From contig CASDJM010000004.1 of the NCBI GenBank assembly GCA_949280815.1, positions 15,867-47,866 on the forward strand: a stretch of DNA of 32,000 nt, read 5' to 3'. Each line of letters opens with the position of its first letter. Within the stretch, counting starts at the first letter, position 1. The stretch comes from an uncultured Clostridia bacterium. Its GTDB lineage: Bacteria > Bacillota > Clostridia > TANB77 > CAG-508. Under the pieces are notes generated by a model. It had not been told where the DNA came from. It did not search any database and saw nothing but the letters and a program-made list of their open reading frames with translations. Shown piece by piece: positions 1 to 9,618 of this stretch. The position numbers and the translations under genes are program-made.

Positions 1-2319
1 CATACCATTATTAGTGCTTCCTACTAAATAAGAAATGATATTTTGTTTTTCATCTGGTGTATAAATTTGTACCAATCCTAATTGTTCGCCATCTGCTGTT
101 TTCACCATGGTATCATATGGTTCTATGTAAGTTCCTGTAGCTTTTGTAGATTTCACACTATTATATTTTGCAATATCCCATAAATCATCTGCTCGATATA
201 ATACATCTGGTTTCACATTATGATATACTTTTAAAATTTCAGCTTGCACATTGTATAAAAATTTAGGATAAACAAAATGATTTGCCACATCTTGTGGTAT
301 GGACTCATCTAAATCAACAAATAAACTATCATATATATTTCTATATGCCATAGCAATTGGGTCAGTTCGATCTGTTATGTAATAAGATATCGTTCCATCA
401 TAACTATCTACAATAACCTTTACAGAATTTCGAATATAATTTATATTTTCTTTGATGCCATCATGTGTAATAGATGTATATTGTGAATAAGGATAACTAC
501 TAGATACAGTATAAGCATCGATTACCCATACAATCTTTCCTTCATCTGTTACAACTGTATATGGATTCTCATCATAAATCAAGTATGGTAATACTTTCTT
601 AGCTCTTGTAATAACATCTCTATTAATTAAAATTTTACTATCACTTGTTATCTCACTTGAAAATGCTAGATTCAAGTTTCCTTTTGTTATAGCTAAAATC
701 AATCTGTCAAGATAACCTAGTTGTAAGCCCGCTTTTCCTTCATAGGTTGAAGTATAATCGGTTCCATTTTCATCGGTATAGTCATATTCTTGTTTATTTT
801 TAGCATTGGTCGCAATGATTTCATCTGTTTCTAATCCAAAATAAATACGAGGTTGTTCGATTTTAATTTGTTCATCTTTTCCAGACACTTCTTTTTGTAT
901 GTATTGCACATTTCCTGTTTCCGTACTTTGTGTTGCCGATGCGATAATTTCTCCCATTCCATGTGTGTATTCATAGGTTTTATTGTTATAAGTTCTTCCT
1001 GAACTGGTTATTTCTCTTGGTGCTACATATACTACTTGATTTTTTCCATTTATTTGATATTTCGCTATATTGGCATTTCGATAGGAGAAATATCCTGTTC
1101 CTGTCTGATTATCTTCTAATGTTTTTAGTACAGCATCTTGACTAATAATCGGTATATTATGAATCACATTGCTATTTTTTTCTACTTCCTCATTTGTTAT
1201 CGTCCCTGAATTTTCTAACTTACTTTCTTCTATATTAATATGATAAGCATTTTTGGTATTATTAATATTTTCAGCTATATATTCTTTTTCTTTATCTAAT
1301 TCATTGGAACGAACAAACACCAAATCAAATACTACCATAACAACGAATAACGCTACTAAATATCCTGGTATCACAGCTAAATTTTTCAACACTTTATTAG
1401 TATTTCCTTCTTTGAAATATTTCAAAGCTCTATAGGCAAATATTACAATAATAATAGCAAATACTACATATCCCCACAATTTTACTGTTGTTTCCGTCAT
1501 GCCAGCACCTACAATATCAATATTATCGTCTATAGTTAATAATTTACCAAACATCATATTTTGAGTATTTAATATTGTCATAAGTGCAATTCCTATTACT
1601 ACTAGCATAATATTTCTTGTTAATTTCTTCATAAACAAGCTTTGCTTTAACATTTTACCATCAATACCATCAAAGAATCTGTTAAATACAATCACATAAT
1701 ATAGTGCCATATAAATAGATAATCCTACACATAGCAATGTAAAATATAAAACAAATGCTTCGATTACTGGTTTTTGAAAAATGTAATAAGCAATATCTAA
1801 ATTGAAAATTGTATCTTGTATGCCAAAAGACGTGTTATTAATCACTAGCATTACTTTTTCCATAAATATAGTTGCCACCATAATACTTACAATTGCTGAT
1901 ATAACTAATGATAATGATTTATTTAATAATTTTGGCATTGGCTTATTCTCTTTTTCAAAGAATGGCCTTAATCCCTTTTTAATACCTCTATTTGTAAAGT
2001 ATATAATAAAATATAATACCACTAAATTAATTGCCATAATAGAATATTTGTAAATCATATTGGTATAAAAAATATTAACGTATTGCTCTCCTAATTCTTG
2101 GTATTCTAAGAAACTACCTCGTAATTGAATATAACTAATACCAGCAAATATCACCAAAAATAGGATAACCAATATCATCCTTGTTTTGCTTTTCTCTTTT
2201 TTATTTTGATTTCTCGTTTCTTTTGTATTAGCTGTGTCCATTATTGTTTCTTGTTTTTTCTCAGGTTGTGTTTGAACCATTTGCTCTGTTTTTTCTTGCT
2301 TATTTTGATTTTCTTCCAC
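1..2319 (-). CDS. UPF0182-family large polytopic membrane protein; first 773 codons, C-terminus lies beyond the window start
   Basis: Absent from the ORF track because it has no stop in the window. Hand translation of the minus strand: AGGAGG (2328-2333), 8-nt spacer, GTG at 2319-2317, open to position 1 (2319 = 773 x 3). A Lys/Gln-rich N-terminus is followed by several hydrophobic segments. Then come motifs I associate with UPF0182: YYIFQKP, VYVAPRE, YEYTHGMG, VWVIDAYT, YPYSQY, NYIRNSVKVIVDSYDG, YPKFLY..Q...YH. Confidence 0.75.
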   Translation of the reverse strand, partial: MEENQNKQEKTEQMVQTQPEKKQETIMDTANTKETRNQNKKEKSKTRMILVILFLVIFAGISYIQLRGSFLEYQELGEQYVNIFYTNMIYKYSIMAINLVVLYFIIYFTNRGIKKGLRPFFEKENKPMPKLLNKSLSLVISAIVSIMVATIFMEKVMLVINNTSFGIQDTIFNLDIAYYIFQKPVIEAFVLYFTLLCVGLSIYMALYYVIVFNRFFDGIDGKMLKQSLFMKKLTRNIMLVVIGIALMTILNTQNMMFGKLLTIDDNIDIVGAGMTETTVKLWGYVVFAIIIVIFAYRALKYFKEGNTNKVLKNLAVIPGYLVALFVVMVVFDLVFVRSNELDKEKEYIAENINNTKNAYHINIEESKLENSGTITNEEVEKNSNVIHNIPIISQDAVLKTLEDNQTGTGYFSYRNANIAKYQINGKNQVVYVAPREITSSGRTYNNKTYEYTHGMGEIIASATQSTETGNVQYIQKEVSGKDEQIKIEQPRIYFGLETDEIIATNAKNKQEYDYTDENGTDYTSTYEGKAGLQLGYLDRLILAITKGNLNLAFSSEITSDSKILINRDVITRAKKVLPYLIYDENPYTVVTDEGKIVWVIDAYTVSSSYPYSQYTSITHDGIKENINYIRNSVKVIVDSYDGTISYYITDRTDPIAMAYRNIYDSLFVDLDESIPQDVANHFVYPKFLYNVQAEILKVYHNVKPDVLYRADDLWDIAKYNSVKSTKATGTYIEPYDTMVKTADGEQLGLVQIYTPDEKQNIISYLVGSTNNGM

Positions 2320-2698
2320 AAGATTTACCTCCTTCATCCTTTATCATGTTGCTATTAAACCTTAATATGTTTTATTTTAAAGGTCTATCTGTTTTTTATG
2401 TAGTAACAATTCCTAGGAGCTAGGAACAAATCTCGCTTCATGAGATTTTTTCTTTACTTTTTTAATTTTCTATTCTATTTAAGGTCTCAAAGAAGCGTAA
2501 AGATTTGTCGACGCGAAAAATTGCTTGCAATTTTTCTGTGCATTGTATTTTTTGTTGAATAGGAAATGAATTTCCCTATTTAAGAAGATTACAGTCTGTT
2601 ATGCAATTACAGACTGGCAGTCCGCTAGGAGTTACAAGTAAAAAATAGATAAACTTTTTAATAAGAATCCATAAATTAAAATAAACATATATTCTTTC

Positions 2699-3604
2699 TT
2701 ATATGATAGCTTTTACAAAATCACTGGAATTAAAAATTTCCATATCGTCAATCTGTTCTCCTACGCCTATAAACTTAACTGGAATTTTATTTTCTTCCAC
2801 AATTCCAATCACAACGCCACCCTTGGCTGTTCCATCTAACTTTGTCAATACTAAGCCAGTAATATCTGCTTCTTCTTTAAAAGCTTTTACTTGTGAAATA
2901 GCATTTTGTCCTGTAGTTCCATCAATTACTAGTAATACTTCTTTATCCGCTTCTTGCATTTCTTTATTAATTACCTTTTGAATTTTATTCAACTCATCCA
3001 TTAAATATTTCTTATTATGCAATCTTCCAGCAGTATCAACAATTAAAACATCTGCTTCTTTCTCTTTCGTCATCTTAATAGCATCATAAACAACAGATGC
3101 TGGATCCACTCCTTCTTCTCTTTTTACAATATCTGCCCCTGCTCTTTTAGCCCATATCTCTAATTGTTCTACTGCTGCTGCTCGAAAGGTATCAGCAGCA
3201 GCTACTACTACTTTTTTACCATCTCTTGCTAAGCGATTTGCCATTTTGCCTATAGAAGTAGTTTTTCCAACTCCATTAACACCAACTACTAAAATGACAG
3301 ATGGTTTTGTTTCAAGATGTAGATTAATATCTGTTACATCTAATATTTTTTGCATTTCTTCTCGTAAAGCTTGTTTTACTTCTTCCTCTTCTTGAATTTT
3401 TTCTTTTTTTAGTCTAATTCTCAAATTTTCTATAATTTTAACTGATGTATCCATTCCTATATCAGACATAATTAGTATTTCTTCTAATTCTTCTAAAAAG
3501 TCTTCATCCACTTTTTTAAAACTCTTAAATACGTTATTTATCTTTTCGTCAAATGAGGTCTTTGTCTTATTCATCCCTTGCTTTAATTTATCAAAAAATC
3601 CCAT
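2699..3604 (-). CDS. ftsY: signal recognition particle receptor FtsY
   Basis: 301 aa. SRP-GTPase motifs GVNGVGKTTSIGK (G1), DTAGR (G3) and TKLDG (G4), after an acidic helical N-domain. An extended -10 (TGTTACAAT, minus strand, 3637-3645) lies upstream. Confidence 0.95.
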   Translation of the reverse strand: MGFFDKLKQGMNKTKTSFDEKINNVFKSFKKVDEDFLEELEEILIMSDIGMDTSVKIIENLRIRLKKEKIQEEEEVKQALREEMQKILDVTDINLHLETKPSVILVVGVNGVGKTTSIGKMANRLARDGKKVVVAAADTFRAAAVEQLEIWAKRAGADIVKREEGVDPASVVYDAIKMTKEKEADVLIVDTAGRLHNKKYLMDELNKIQKVINKEMQEADKEVLLVIDGTTGQNAISQVKAFKEEADITGLVLTKLDGTAKGGVVIGIVEENKIPVKFIGVGEQIDDMEIFNSSDFVKAII

Positions 3605-3668
3605 TAATCCCTCTCCTTTTTTTGTATTGCCTTATTATTGTAACATAGATTGTCTTTTTTTTCCATAG

Positions 3669-3713
3669 TTTTAAGGATTTTTAAGGTGAATTTTTAAGGA
3701 TTTTTAAGGTGAA
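3669..3713. repeat. tandem 22/23-nt repeat made of four phased TTTTTAAGG boxes
   Basis: ttttaaggatttttaaggtgaa (3669-3690) is followed by tttttaaggatttttaaggtgaa (3691-3713). The TTAAGG cores are spaced about 11-12 nt apart. Confidence 0.8.
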
Positions 3714-3715
3714 TT

Positions 3716-4879
3716 TTGTATAAGTGTCAATGATGTGAAACCAAAATATATAAAAATTAATATATATAATTAAGTTACAAAATTAATCATTCCAAATACT
3801 TCCAGTTCAGCTCGTTTTTCTTTTGGTGTTAAATATTTTAATACTGCCATTGGTATATTATTTGACCTTTTTAAATATCTTTTTCCCTGTTTTCTTAAAT
3901 CTTCTAAACTATAGAATTTTAAATAACTATAAATTCTTTCGTTATCATTCCTATGACTTCTTTCTACTTTTCCATTATGTTGTGGTGTTCTTGGTTGTAT
4001 TTTATGATGCTTTATTCCTAATTCTTTCAATATTTTCTCTAATGGATGCCTTTTCTTTATATTTGCTTTATTATATGTGAATTCTATTCCATTGTCTGTC
4101 TGCATTTCTTTTGGTTTATATCCTAAATACTGCATTAATCTCTTTACAAAATCTACTGTATTCATTGGGGTATGCTCTTCATACCAATATAAAAATCTTT
4201 CTCTTGTTGCTTCATCTATATATGTATATTGATAAAACTTTTTATCTTCTGGTATTACTTCACTCTTACACTCATTTGGAACATATTTTACGTCCATTTG
4301 CCCTTTTTCTCCTACGTTCTTTGGCGTATTATATTTCTTATTATGTTTTTTCTTTGATGTGTTTTTTATATTCATTCCTTTATAAAATTTTATATCTAAC
4401 CTTCTCATTACTCTATATAATGCTGTTATTGTTCTTGTGTATCCTTTTTCTCGTTTTAATTTCACCCATAATTCACACAATGTTATTCTTGGATTTCTTC
4501 TTACATAATTTCTTATCCATCTTATTTCTTGGTTTGTATGGGCATTTGGGTGCTTACTCTTTGGTCTATGAGATTTATCTGTTATGCTCTCCTCTGTTCC
4601 ATCATATATTTTATTCCATCTCCACAGTGAAACCCTTGAAATATGGTACTTCCTACACACATAATTTATATCTCCACAATTCCTATACATCTCTACTGCA
4701 TGTTTTCTTGTATTAATATCGTGTGGAAGGTATCTTTTTTCCTTATTTTCTGTTATAATATTATTCATAAGTGATTTAAATCTCCTTTATATAATCGTTT
4801 CGCAACTCAATTATATATGATTTAAATCACTTATTCAATTTTTATTTCTTTTGTTTCACATCAATTGTAACACTACAAA
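3716..4879 (-). mobile_element. IS481-family-like insertion sequence (~1.16 kb, one transposase gene)
   Basis: Imperfect terminal inverted repeats. Left end is TTTGTAtaaGTGT-CAAT-GATGTGAAAC (3716-3741). The reverse complement of the right end is TTTGTA-GTGTTACAATTGATGTGAAAC (4853-4879). Exact ends and target duplication are uncertain; the flanks ggtgaat / ggcgaca match only 5 of 7. Confidence 0.7.
3770..4768 (-). CDS. DDE transposase (rve core), IS481-family type
   Basis: 332 aa. N-terminal HTH, then DDE context DVKYVP ... YTYIDEATRE ... QTDNGIEFT ... RTPQHNGKVERSHR. The PxxNGKVER motif is typical of IS481/IS3-superfamily enzymes. Confidence 0.8.
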   Translation of the reverse strand: MNNIITENKEKRYLPHDINTRKHAVEMYRNCGDINYVCRKYHISRVSLWRWNKIYDGTEESITDKSHRPKSKHPNAHTNQEIRWIRNYVRRNPRITLCELWVKLKREKGYTRTITALYRVMRRLDIKFYKGMNIKNTSKKKHNKKYNTPKNVGEKGQMDVKYVPNECKSEVIPEDKKFYQYTYIDEATRERFLYWYEEHTPMNTVDFVKRLMQYLGYKPKEMQTDNGIEFTYNKANIKKRHPLEKILKELGIKHHKIQPRTPQHNGKVERSHRNDNERIYSYLKFYSLEDLRKQGKRYLKRSNNIPMAVLKYLTPKEKRAELEVFGMINFVT

Positions 4880-5207
4880 GGCGACAAAAAACGGACTAAC
4901 AAATTCTACAAAGCAAAGCTTTAAGAATTTGTAACGTTCGCATAACTATTTTGTACGAAGCTTTTCTTCCTTACAGTCGAAAATTTCTACAAAATAGAAA
5001 AAATCAACCTTTTACAGTTGATTTATCAATATTTTCGTCTGGTGCGACGATTTTACTTAATGGAGCGAATCACATACAAGTTACGAACTCGGTTCTCTTT
5101 CTATAAATATTATATATGAATTGTTATTAAATTTCAATGGGAGTATATGAAAATTTTAGCATTTGTAGTATAATTTAATAGAGTAAAAACTTTAGGTGGT
5201 ATAGAAA

Positions 5208-6809
5208 ATGAAAAAAGATAATAATATTAATTTTATATTTAAGAGTCTTAATAAGAAAAAAATAACAATTTGTTTATTAATAGAAGCATTTTTAGATTTT
5301 ATTTACTATTTTGTTCCATTTGCCTTTACATTATTTTTAACTATGCCTTTTACAGTTGAGAAAGCAATTATTGTAATAGCAATTTTTATGATTTCTAAAA
5401 CGCTTCGTGTTATAGGGAATTACTTATTAAGAAAATATAGTGATAATTACTTATATGAATATTCAAATGTTCAATATCAAGAATATTATAAGAAATTAAA
5501 TAAATTACCAGTTGAAACAATTTCAAAATATCAAACTGGGTATTTTGAAAACATAATTGAGAAAATTAGTGAATTAGTAAAAAAAATATTGCAAGCAGAA
5601 TATGTAAGTATAGTAATAACTTTTATTTTTTTATTTTATACACTATATAATCAATCAATAATACTTTTTGTTAGTTCTTTTATTACAAGTGCTATTTGTA
5701 TATTTTTAAGTATTAGAATATTAAAAAAGGCGAATACTCAAGTAGAAAAACTATATGACCAAGAATATGAGTATTCATCAGTATACAATGATTTTATAAG
5801 TAATATTCGTACTGTAAAATTACTAAATGATGATGATTACTTTGTTAATAAAATTAGCAGAGAAGGTAAAAAGTGTTATAACGAAAACAAAAAGTATGTT
5901 AAGTATTATTCTTTTGAAGAAGCATTACGTAATATATTGATAGTTATACCATTCTTTTTGGGGCTTATTAAGGCTGCCATTGATTTATCAAATGGAATTG
6001 ATACACTTGGAATAATTACTTTCTATATTTCATTACAAGTAGAAATGGGATTTGTATTTGAAGAATTATCCGGAACTATAATAAGCTGGTATGAACTTAA
6101 AGCAATTAAAAACAAATTAATATCTATATTTAAAAATTTAGACAATAGAAAAGAATTCAAATCTTTTAAAGAAATTCAATTATCTGACATTGTAATTCAA
6201 TATCCTAAATCAAATTTAGAAATAAAAGTAGATAATCTTATAATCAATGATAATGATAAGATATCAATTACGGGACAATCTGGACAAGGTAAAACATCAA
6301 TTATAAACTTAATCTTAGGTAATATCGATTCTTATAAAGGACAAATTTCTATTGATGGAAAAGACTTAAAAGATGTTAAGTTAGATATTGGAACAGTAAG
6401 TCAAGAAATTGAACTCTTTAATATGTCTATTAAAGACAACTTATGTTTAGACAAAAAAATTTCAGATGAAGAAATCATAAGATATTTAGAAGAATTAGAA
6501 TTAAACGAGGTATTATTGTTTGAAGATAATATTTATACTATCGTGGGTGAAAAGGGCTTAAAACTGTCTACTGGTCAAAAAAGAAGAATTAACATTTTAA
6601 GAAGTTATTTAATGAATAAAGATATTTATATTTTAGATGAGCCTACTTCTAATTTAGATAAACATACTGAAGAAATAGTTGTCAATTTTATCTTAAAATA
6701 TTTTAAAAATAAAACTTTAATAATCGCTACACATAATGAAAAAATAAATGAAATATGCAATAAGTTTTATACATTTGAAAATCATCAATTAAAGAACTTA
6801 AATAAATAA
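5208..6809 (+). CDS. fused ABC exporter (transmembrane domain plus ATPase, half-transporter)
   Basis: 533 aa with an N-terminal multi-helix membrane domain. Walker A GQSGQGKTS, ABC signature LSTGQKRR, Walker B IYILDEPTSNLD, H-loop ATHN. RBS AGGTGG (5194-5199) and -10 TATAAT (5169-5174). Extremely AT-rich: 5221-5280 has 6 G/C in 60 nt. Confidence 0.85.
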   Translation: MKKDNNINFIFKSLNKKKITICLLIEAFLDFIYYFVPFAFTLFLTMPFTVEKAIIVIAIFMISKTLRVIGNYLLRKYSDNYLYEYSNVQYQEYYKKLNKLPVETISKYQTGYFENIIEKISELVKKILQAEYVSIVITFIFLFYTLYNQSIILFVSSFITSAICIFLSIRILKKANTQVEKLYDQEYEYSSVYNDFISNIRTVKLLNDDDYFVNKISREGKKCYNENKKYVKYYSFEEALRNILIVIPFFLGLIKAAIDLSNGIDTLGIITFYISLQVEMGFVFEELSGTIISWYELKAIKNKLISIFKNLDNRKEFKSFKEIQLSDIVIQYPKSNLEIKVDNLIINDNDKISITGQSGQGKTSIINLILGNIDSYKGQISIDGKDLKDVKLDIGTVSQEIELFNMSIKDNLCLDKKISDEEIIRYLEELELNEVLLFEDNIYTIVGEKGLKLSTGQKRRINILRSYLMNKDIYILDEPTSNLDKHTEEIVVNFILKYFKNKTLIIATHNEKINEICNKFYTFENHQLKNLNK

Positions 6810-6898
6810 TCATTATAGTTTAAAGGGTATGGGAATTCCCATAAATAGAAAACGTGCGGGAGTAGGTTTTCAGTGCTGGCTGGGACAAGATTTTTTTT

Positions 6899-7147
6899 TT
6901 AATCTCGTCTTTCTAATTCATTTTTTGAATGCATTTTTTCATAAAATTCTACTTTTTTAGATTGTTTATTATATTTAAAATATGCTTGTACTTTATTTTT
7001 ATCGATTAACTTTATTGTAGTTTTATCATATAAATATAATTCAATTTCATCAAAATTAAATGTGCTTTTTAAATATGAAAGTACTTTAAACTGTTCTACT
7101 GTTTCTACTTGATTTTTGTTTATATTTTCTTTATTAAGATGCTCCAT
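6899..7147 (-). CDS. small hypothetical protein, translationally coupled to the upstream recombinase
   Basis: The ORF track starts it at 7168. The ATG at 7147 has GGAGG (7157-7161) 9 nt upstream and overlaps the recombinase stop by 14 nt. No recognisable domain. Confidence 0.5.
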   Translation of the reverse strand: MEHLNKENINKNQVETVEQFKVLSYLKSTFNFDEIELYLYDKTTIKLIDKNKVQAYFKYNKQSKKVEFYEKMHSKNELERRD

Positions 7148-8939
7148 AATTTGCTTCCTCCTTACCATTTTTGCTTATATTTTTTGGTATTAATGTTAAA
7201 TTATCTATCATGTTTCCCTTTTCAATATATGGGCAATTTATAACTCCATCTGTATAAAAATACTCTTGCAATAGTTCTACATATTTTTCTAATTCTTCTT
7301 TTGAATATTCTCCAATTTTTTCATCTGAAAATACAAAATAGTCCTCTTTTAATTTTTCTAATTCTGCATGCTCAATTGCTTCTTTATAAATAAATCCAAT
7401 GTTATTATTTTTTAAGATTTCATATAAATATTTTATATATTCTTTGCTACTTTTTGAAATAAACTCTTCTGTAAATTTAACATTTGTTATTTCAATATCA
7501 TAATTTTTGTTTCTTTTTATCTCTATGCAATCAATTAATTTTTTTATTAATTCTTGTTTTGTTTTTCTTTTTAGACTATTAAAAATAAATGTAAATGCAA
7601 TTTTGTTGTTAGCTATAACTTTATCATTTTCTACATCACATTCTAATTTTTTTAATAGTTCTATTGTGTACTCTTTAAAATCATTATTTGGATCAATTTG
7701 CTGTTTCTTCTTATGCAAGTTTTCAATTTCTTTTTTAATTACATCATTTTTATGGTTAATTGTTTCTACATTTAAGGTAGAACTTAAATATAAATCTACT
7801 AATTTTTTCTCTTGCATTTTTAGTTTTTCAATGGCTTTTTCTATATTCTTAATGTCTTTTGTTTTAGTTGAATTACATACTATAATTTCACTATTCATCT
7901 CGTACATATATCTTGTTAATTCATTTAAAACTCTAACTAATTTTTGTTCTATTTTATCTGAACTATAATGTAATCCTTTCGATTTGCAATTTGGATTCTT
8001 ACAAGTTAAATGATAATATATTTTTTCTTTTGGTGTTCTACTATACTTAAAAGAATTTGTAGAAGATAGTATTTTTCCACAAGTAGGACATCTTACAATA
8101 CCAGTAAACAAGTGAATATGCTCTCCATAATTTGAATGTTTATTTCTTTCTAATACTTTTCTTGTGATATTCCATGTTTCAATATCTATAATTGGCTCAC
8201 AGTAATTTTCAACTCTTAATATATCTTGTGGTTTTCTACAATATTTACCATATTCAAATATACCAATATAAATAGAATTAGTTAGTATTTTATAAACTCT
8301 ATCACTTGTCCATTTTCCTGTTTTTAAATAAGCATTGCTATCTTTCATAACTGTTGCAATTCCTCTACTTGAATTACCTTGCTTACATAGCTCAAATATT
8401 TCTTTAACTACTTGTGCTTCAATAGGTTCTACTTTTAAATGACCTGTTTCTATATTTCTAATATATCCATAAGGTGCTTTTGCTGGATGTACCTTTTCTA
8501 ATGCCATTTCTTCCATTGCTCTTTTTGTTCTTGCTCCAATTTCTTTTCTTTCTCTTTGTCCAAATACTAAATTCATACCAAATATCATTTCACCATTTGC
8601 AGTAGATACATCATAAGGCTCAAGTATTAACTCGATTTTAACATCGTGTTCTTCACAATAATTGAGTAGCCAAAAGCCATCATAGTTGTTTCTAGTAAGT
8701 CTATCTACTTTAATAGCAACTATTACTTCAATTTTATGTGATTTAATATCTTTTAAAAGTCTTTGCATTTCTGGTCTCATTAAATCTTTTCCTGAATGTC
8801 CTGCATCATTGTATACGTCTATAATATCATAATTGTTTTTCTCACAATATTCTTTTATCATTCGTAACTGTGAATCAATAGAGTACCCATTATCTCTTTG
8901 GTCATCTGTTGACACTCTTACATAAACTCCACATCTCAT
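7134..8939 (-). CDS. large serine recombinase (phage-integrase type)
   Basis: 601 aa. Resolvase catalytic N-domain (YVRVSTDDQ, VDRLTRN), recombinase domain (YGY...), Cys-rich zinc ribbon (CPTCGK...CKNPNCKS), and a long coiled-coil/C-terminal extension. RBS GAGGAGG lies upstream. Confidence 0.9.
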   Translation of the reverse strand: MRCGVYVRVSTDDQRDNGYSIDSQLRMIKEYCEKNNYDIIDVYNDAGHSGKDLMRPEMQRLLKDIKSHKIEVIVAIKVDRLTRNNYDGFWLLNYCEEHDVKIELILEPYDVSTANGEMIFGMNLVFGQRERKEIGARTKRAMEEMALEKVHPAKAPYGYIRNIETGHLKVEPIEAQVVKEIFELCKQGNSSRGIATVMKDSNAYLKTGKWTSDRVYKILTNSIYIGIFEYGKYCRKPQDILRVENYCEPIIDIETWNITRKVLERNKHSNYGEHIHLFTGIVRCPTCGKILSSTNSFKYSRTPKEKIYYHLTCKNPNCKSKGLHYSSDKIEQKLVRVLNELTRYMYEMNSEIIVCNSTKTKDIKNIEKAIEKLKMQEKKLVDLYLSSTLNVETINHKNDVIKKEIENLHKKKQQIDPNNDFKEYTIELLKKLECDVENDKVIANNKIAFTFIFNSLKRKTKQELIKKLIDCIEIKRNKNYDIEITNVKFTEEFISKSSKEYIKYLYEILKNNNIGFIYKEAIEHAELEKLKEDYFVFSDEKIGEYSKEELEKYVELLQEYFYTDGVINCPYIEKGNMIDNLTLIPKNISKNGKEEANYGAS

Positions 8940-8996
8940 ACAATATTACCTCCTCTACTTAATAGCTCACTTATACACGTTTTGTCCCCCCTAGTT

Positions 8997-9275
8997 TTAA
9001 AATTTTATAAGAATTTGTTTAATTTCCTTGAGATTATATTTTTGTTTATGTTCTTTAATGTAAAAGTTTTTATTAGCTATTTCATTTACTTTATACTCAT
9101 AAATAGTAAGAGTAGATGGATATGTAATTAAATATTTAGTTGGTTCAATGAATTGTAAATTAGTGCCCTTTAAATGCTTAATTTTGCCATTTCTAACTGT
9201 ATAATCATAGCTTTTAATAATTTCCAGTATTTCATCATTTAGCTTTAATTCTTGTATTACTTCAAACTCAAACAT
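8997..9275 (-). CDS. hypothetical 92-aa protein, paralog of 17697-17978
   Basis: RBS GAAAGGAGGG upstream of the ATG. The core NGKIKHLKGTNLQFIEPTKYLI aligns with NGSIRKLEKTNLTYIEPHRVII of the 17697 ORF (11 identities in 26 plus conservative changes). Confidence 0.6.
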   Translation of the reverse strand: MFEFEVIQELKLNDEILEIIKSYDYTVRNGKIKHLKGTNLQFIEPTKYLITYPSTLTIYEYKVNEIANKNFYIKEHKQKYNLKEIKQILIKF

Positions 9276-9323
9276 AAAAAATGCCCTCCTTTCTGGAAAG
9301 AGAACATTTTAAGTATAGATATG

Positions 9324-9359
9324 AAAAAACAACCTACAAACTTTATAGTTCGTAAGTTG
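9324..9359 (-). terminator. rho-independent terminator of tRNA-Thr
   Basis: Minus-strand stem CAACTTACGAAC / GTTTGTAGGTTG (two mismatches), 6-nt loop, followed by TTTTTT. Confidence 0.7.
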
Positions 9360-9367
9360 CTATAAAT

Positions 9368-9443
9368 TGGAGCCAATAGGCAGAATCGAACTGCCGACCT
9401 ACAGGTTACGAATCTGTTGCTCTACCAACTGAGCTATATTGGC
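9368..9443 (-). tRNA. tRNA-Thr (anticodon CGU)
   Basis: Hand-folded cloverleaf. Acceptor GCCAATA/TATTGGC, D-arm GCTC-AGTTGGTA-GAGC, anticodon loop TTCGTAA, T-arm GGCAG-TTCGATT-CTGCC, encoded CCA. There is one A31-C39 mismatch in the anticodon stem. Confidence 0.9.
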
Positions 9444-9457
9444 ATATCTCAAAAAAT

Positions 9458-9486
9458 ATATTACACTATTTTTATGTTTTTGTCAA
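9458..9486 (-). promoter_or_regulatory. sigma-A type promoter for tRNA-Thr
   Basis: Minus strand: TTGACA (9486-9481), 17-nt spacer, TAATAT (9463-9458). Confidence 0.65.
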
Positions 9487-9618
9487 TCACAAAATAAGAC
9501 AAAAAGCCAAGATTTATAGACAATCAGTTACAGCTCAGCCTTACTACCTTTTTGCATCAAAAGTTTATATATTTTTATAAAAATATATAATGCTAAGTAG
9601 TAATTCCAATCATTTACC

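Noticed and set aside
963-2053. Three plus-strand 60-83-aa ORFs (963-1145, 1253-1435, 1802-2053)
   Set aside because: They lie antisense inside a 773-codon open minus-strand frame with clear UPF0182-type motifs. Their low-complexity Leu/Phe/Ile-rich products are typical of antisense AT-rich frames.
3669-3713. Possible CRISPR array
   Set aside because: There are only two directly abutting units with no spacers, and no cas genes anywhere in the window.
9297-9315. GAGAACATTTTA shared between 9297-9315 and the hairpin at 20323-20337, considered as a common att core
   Set aside because: The match is only about 12 nt in AT-rich DNA, and the contexts differ (a promoter region versus a hairpin arm). 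That is insufficient to call.
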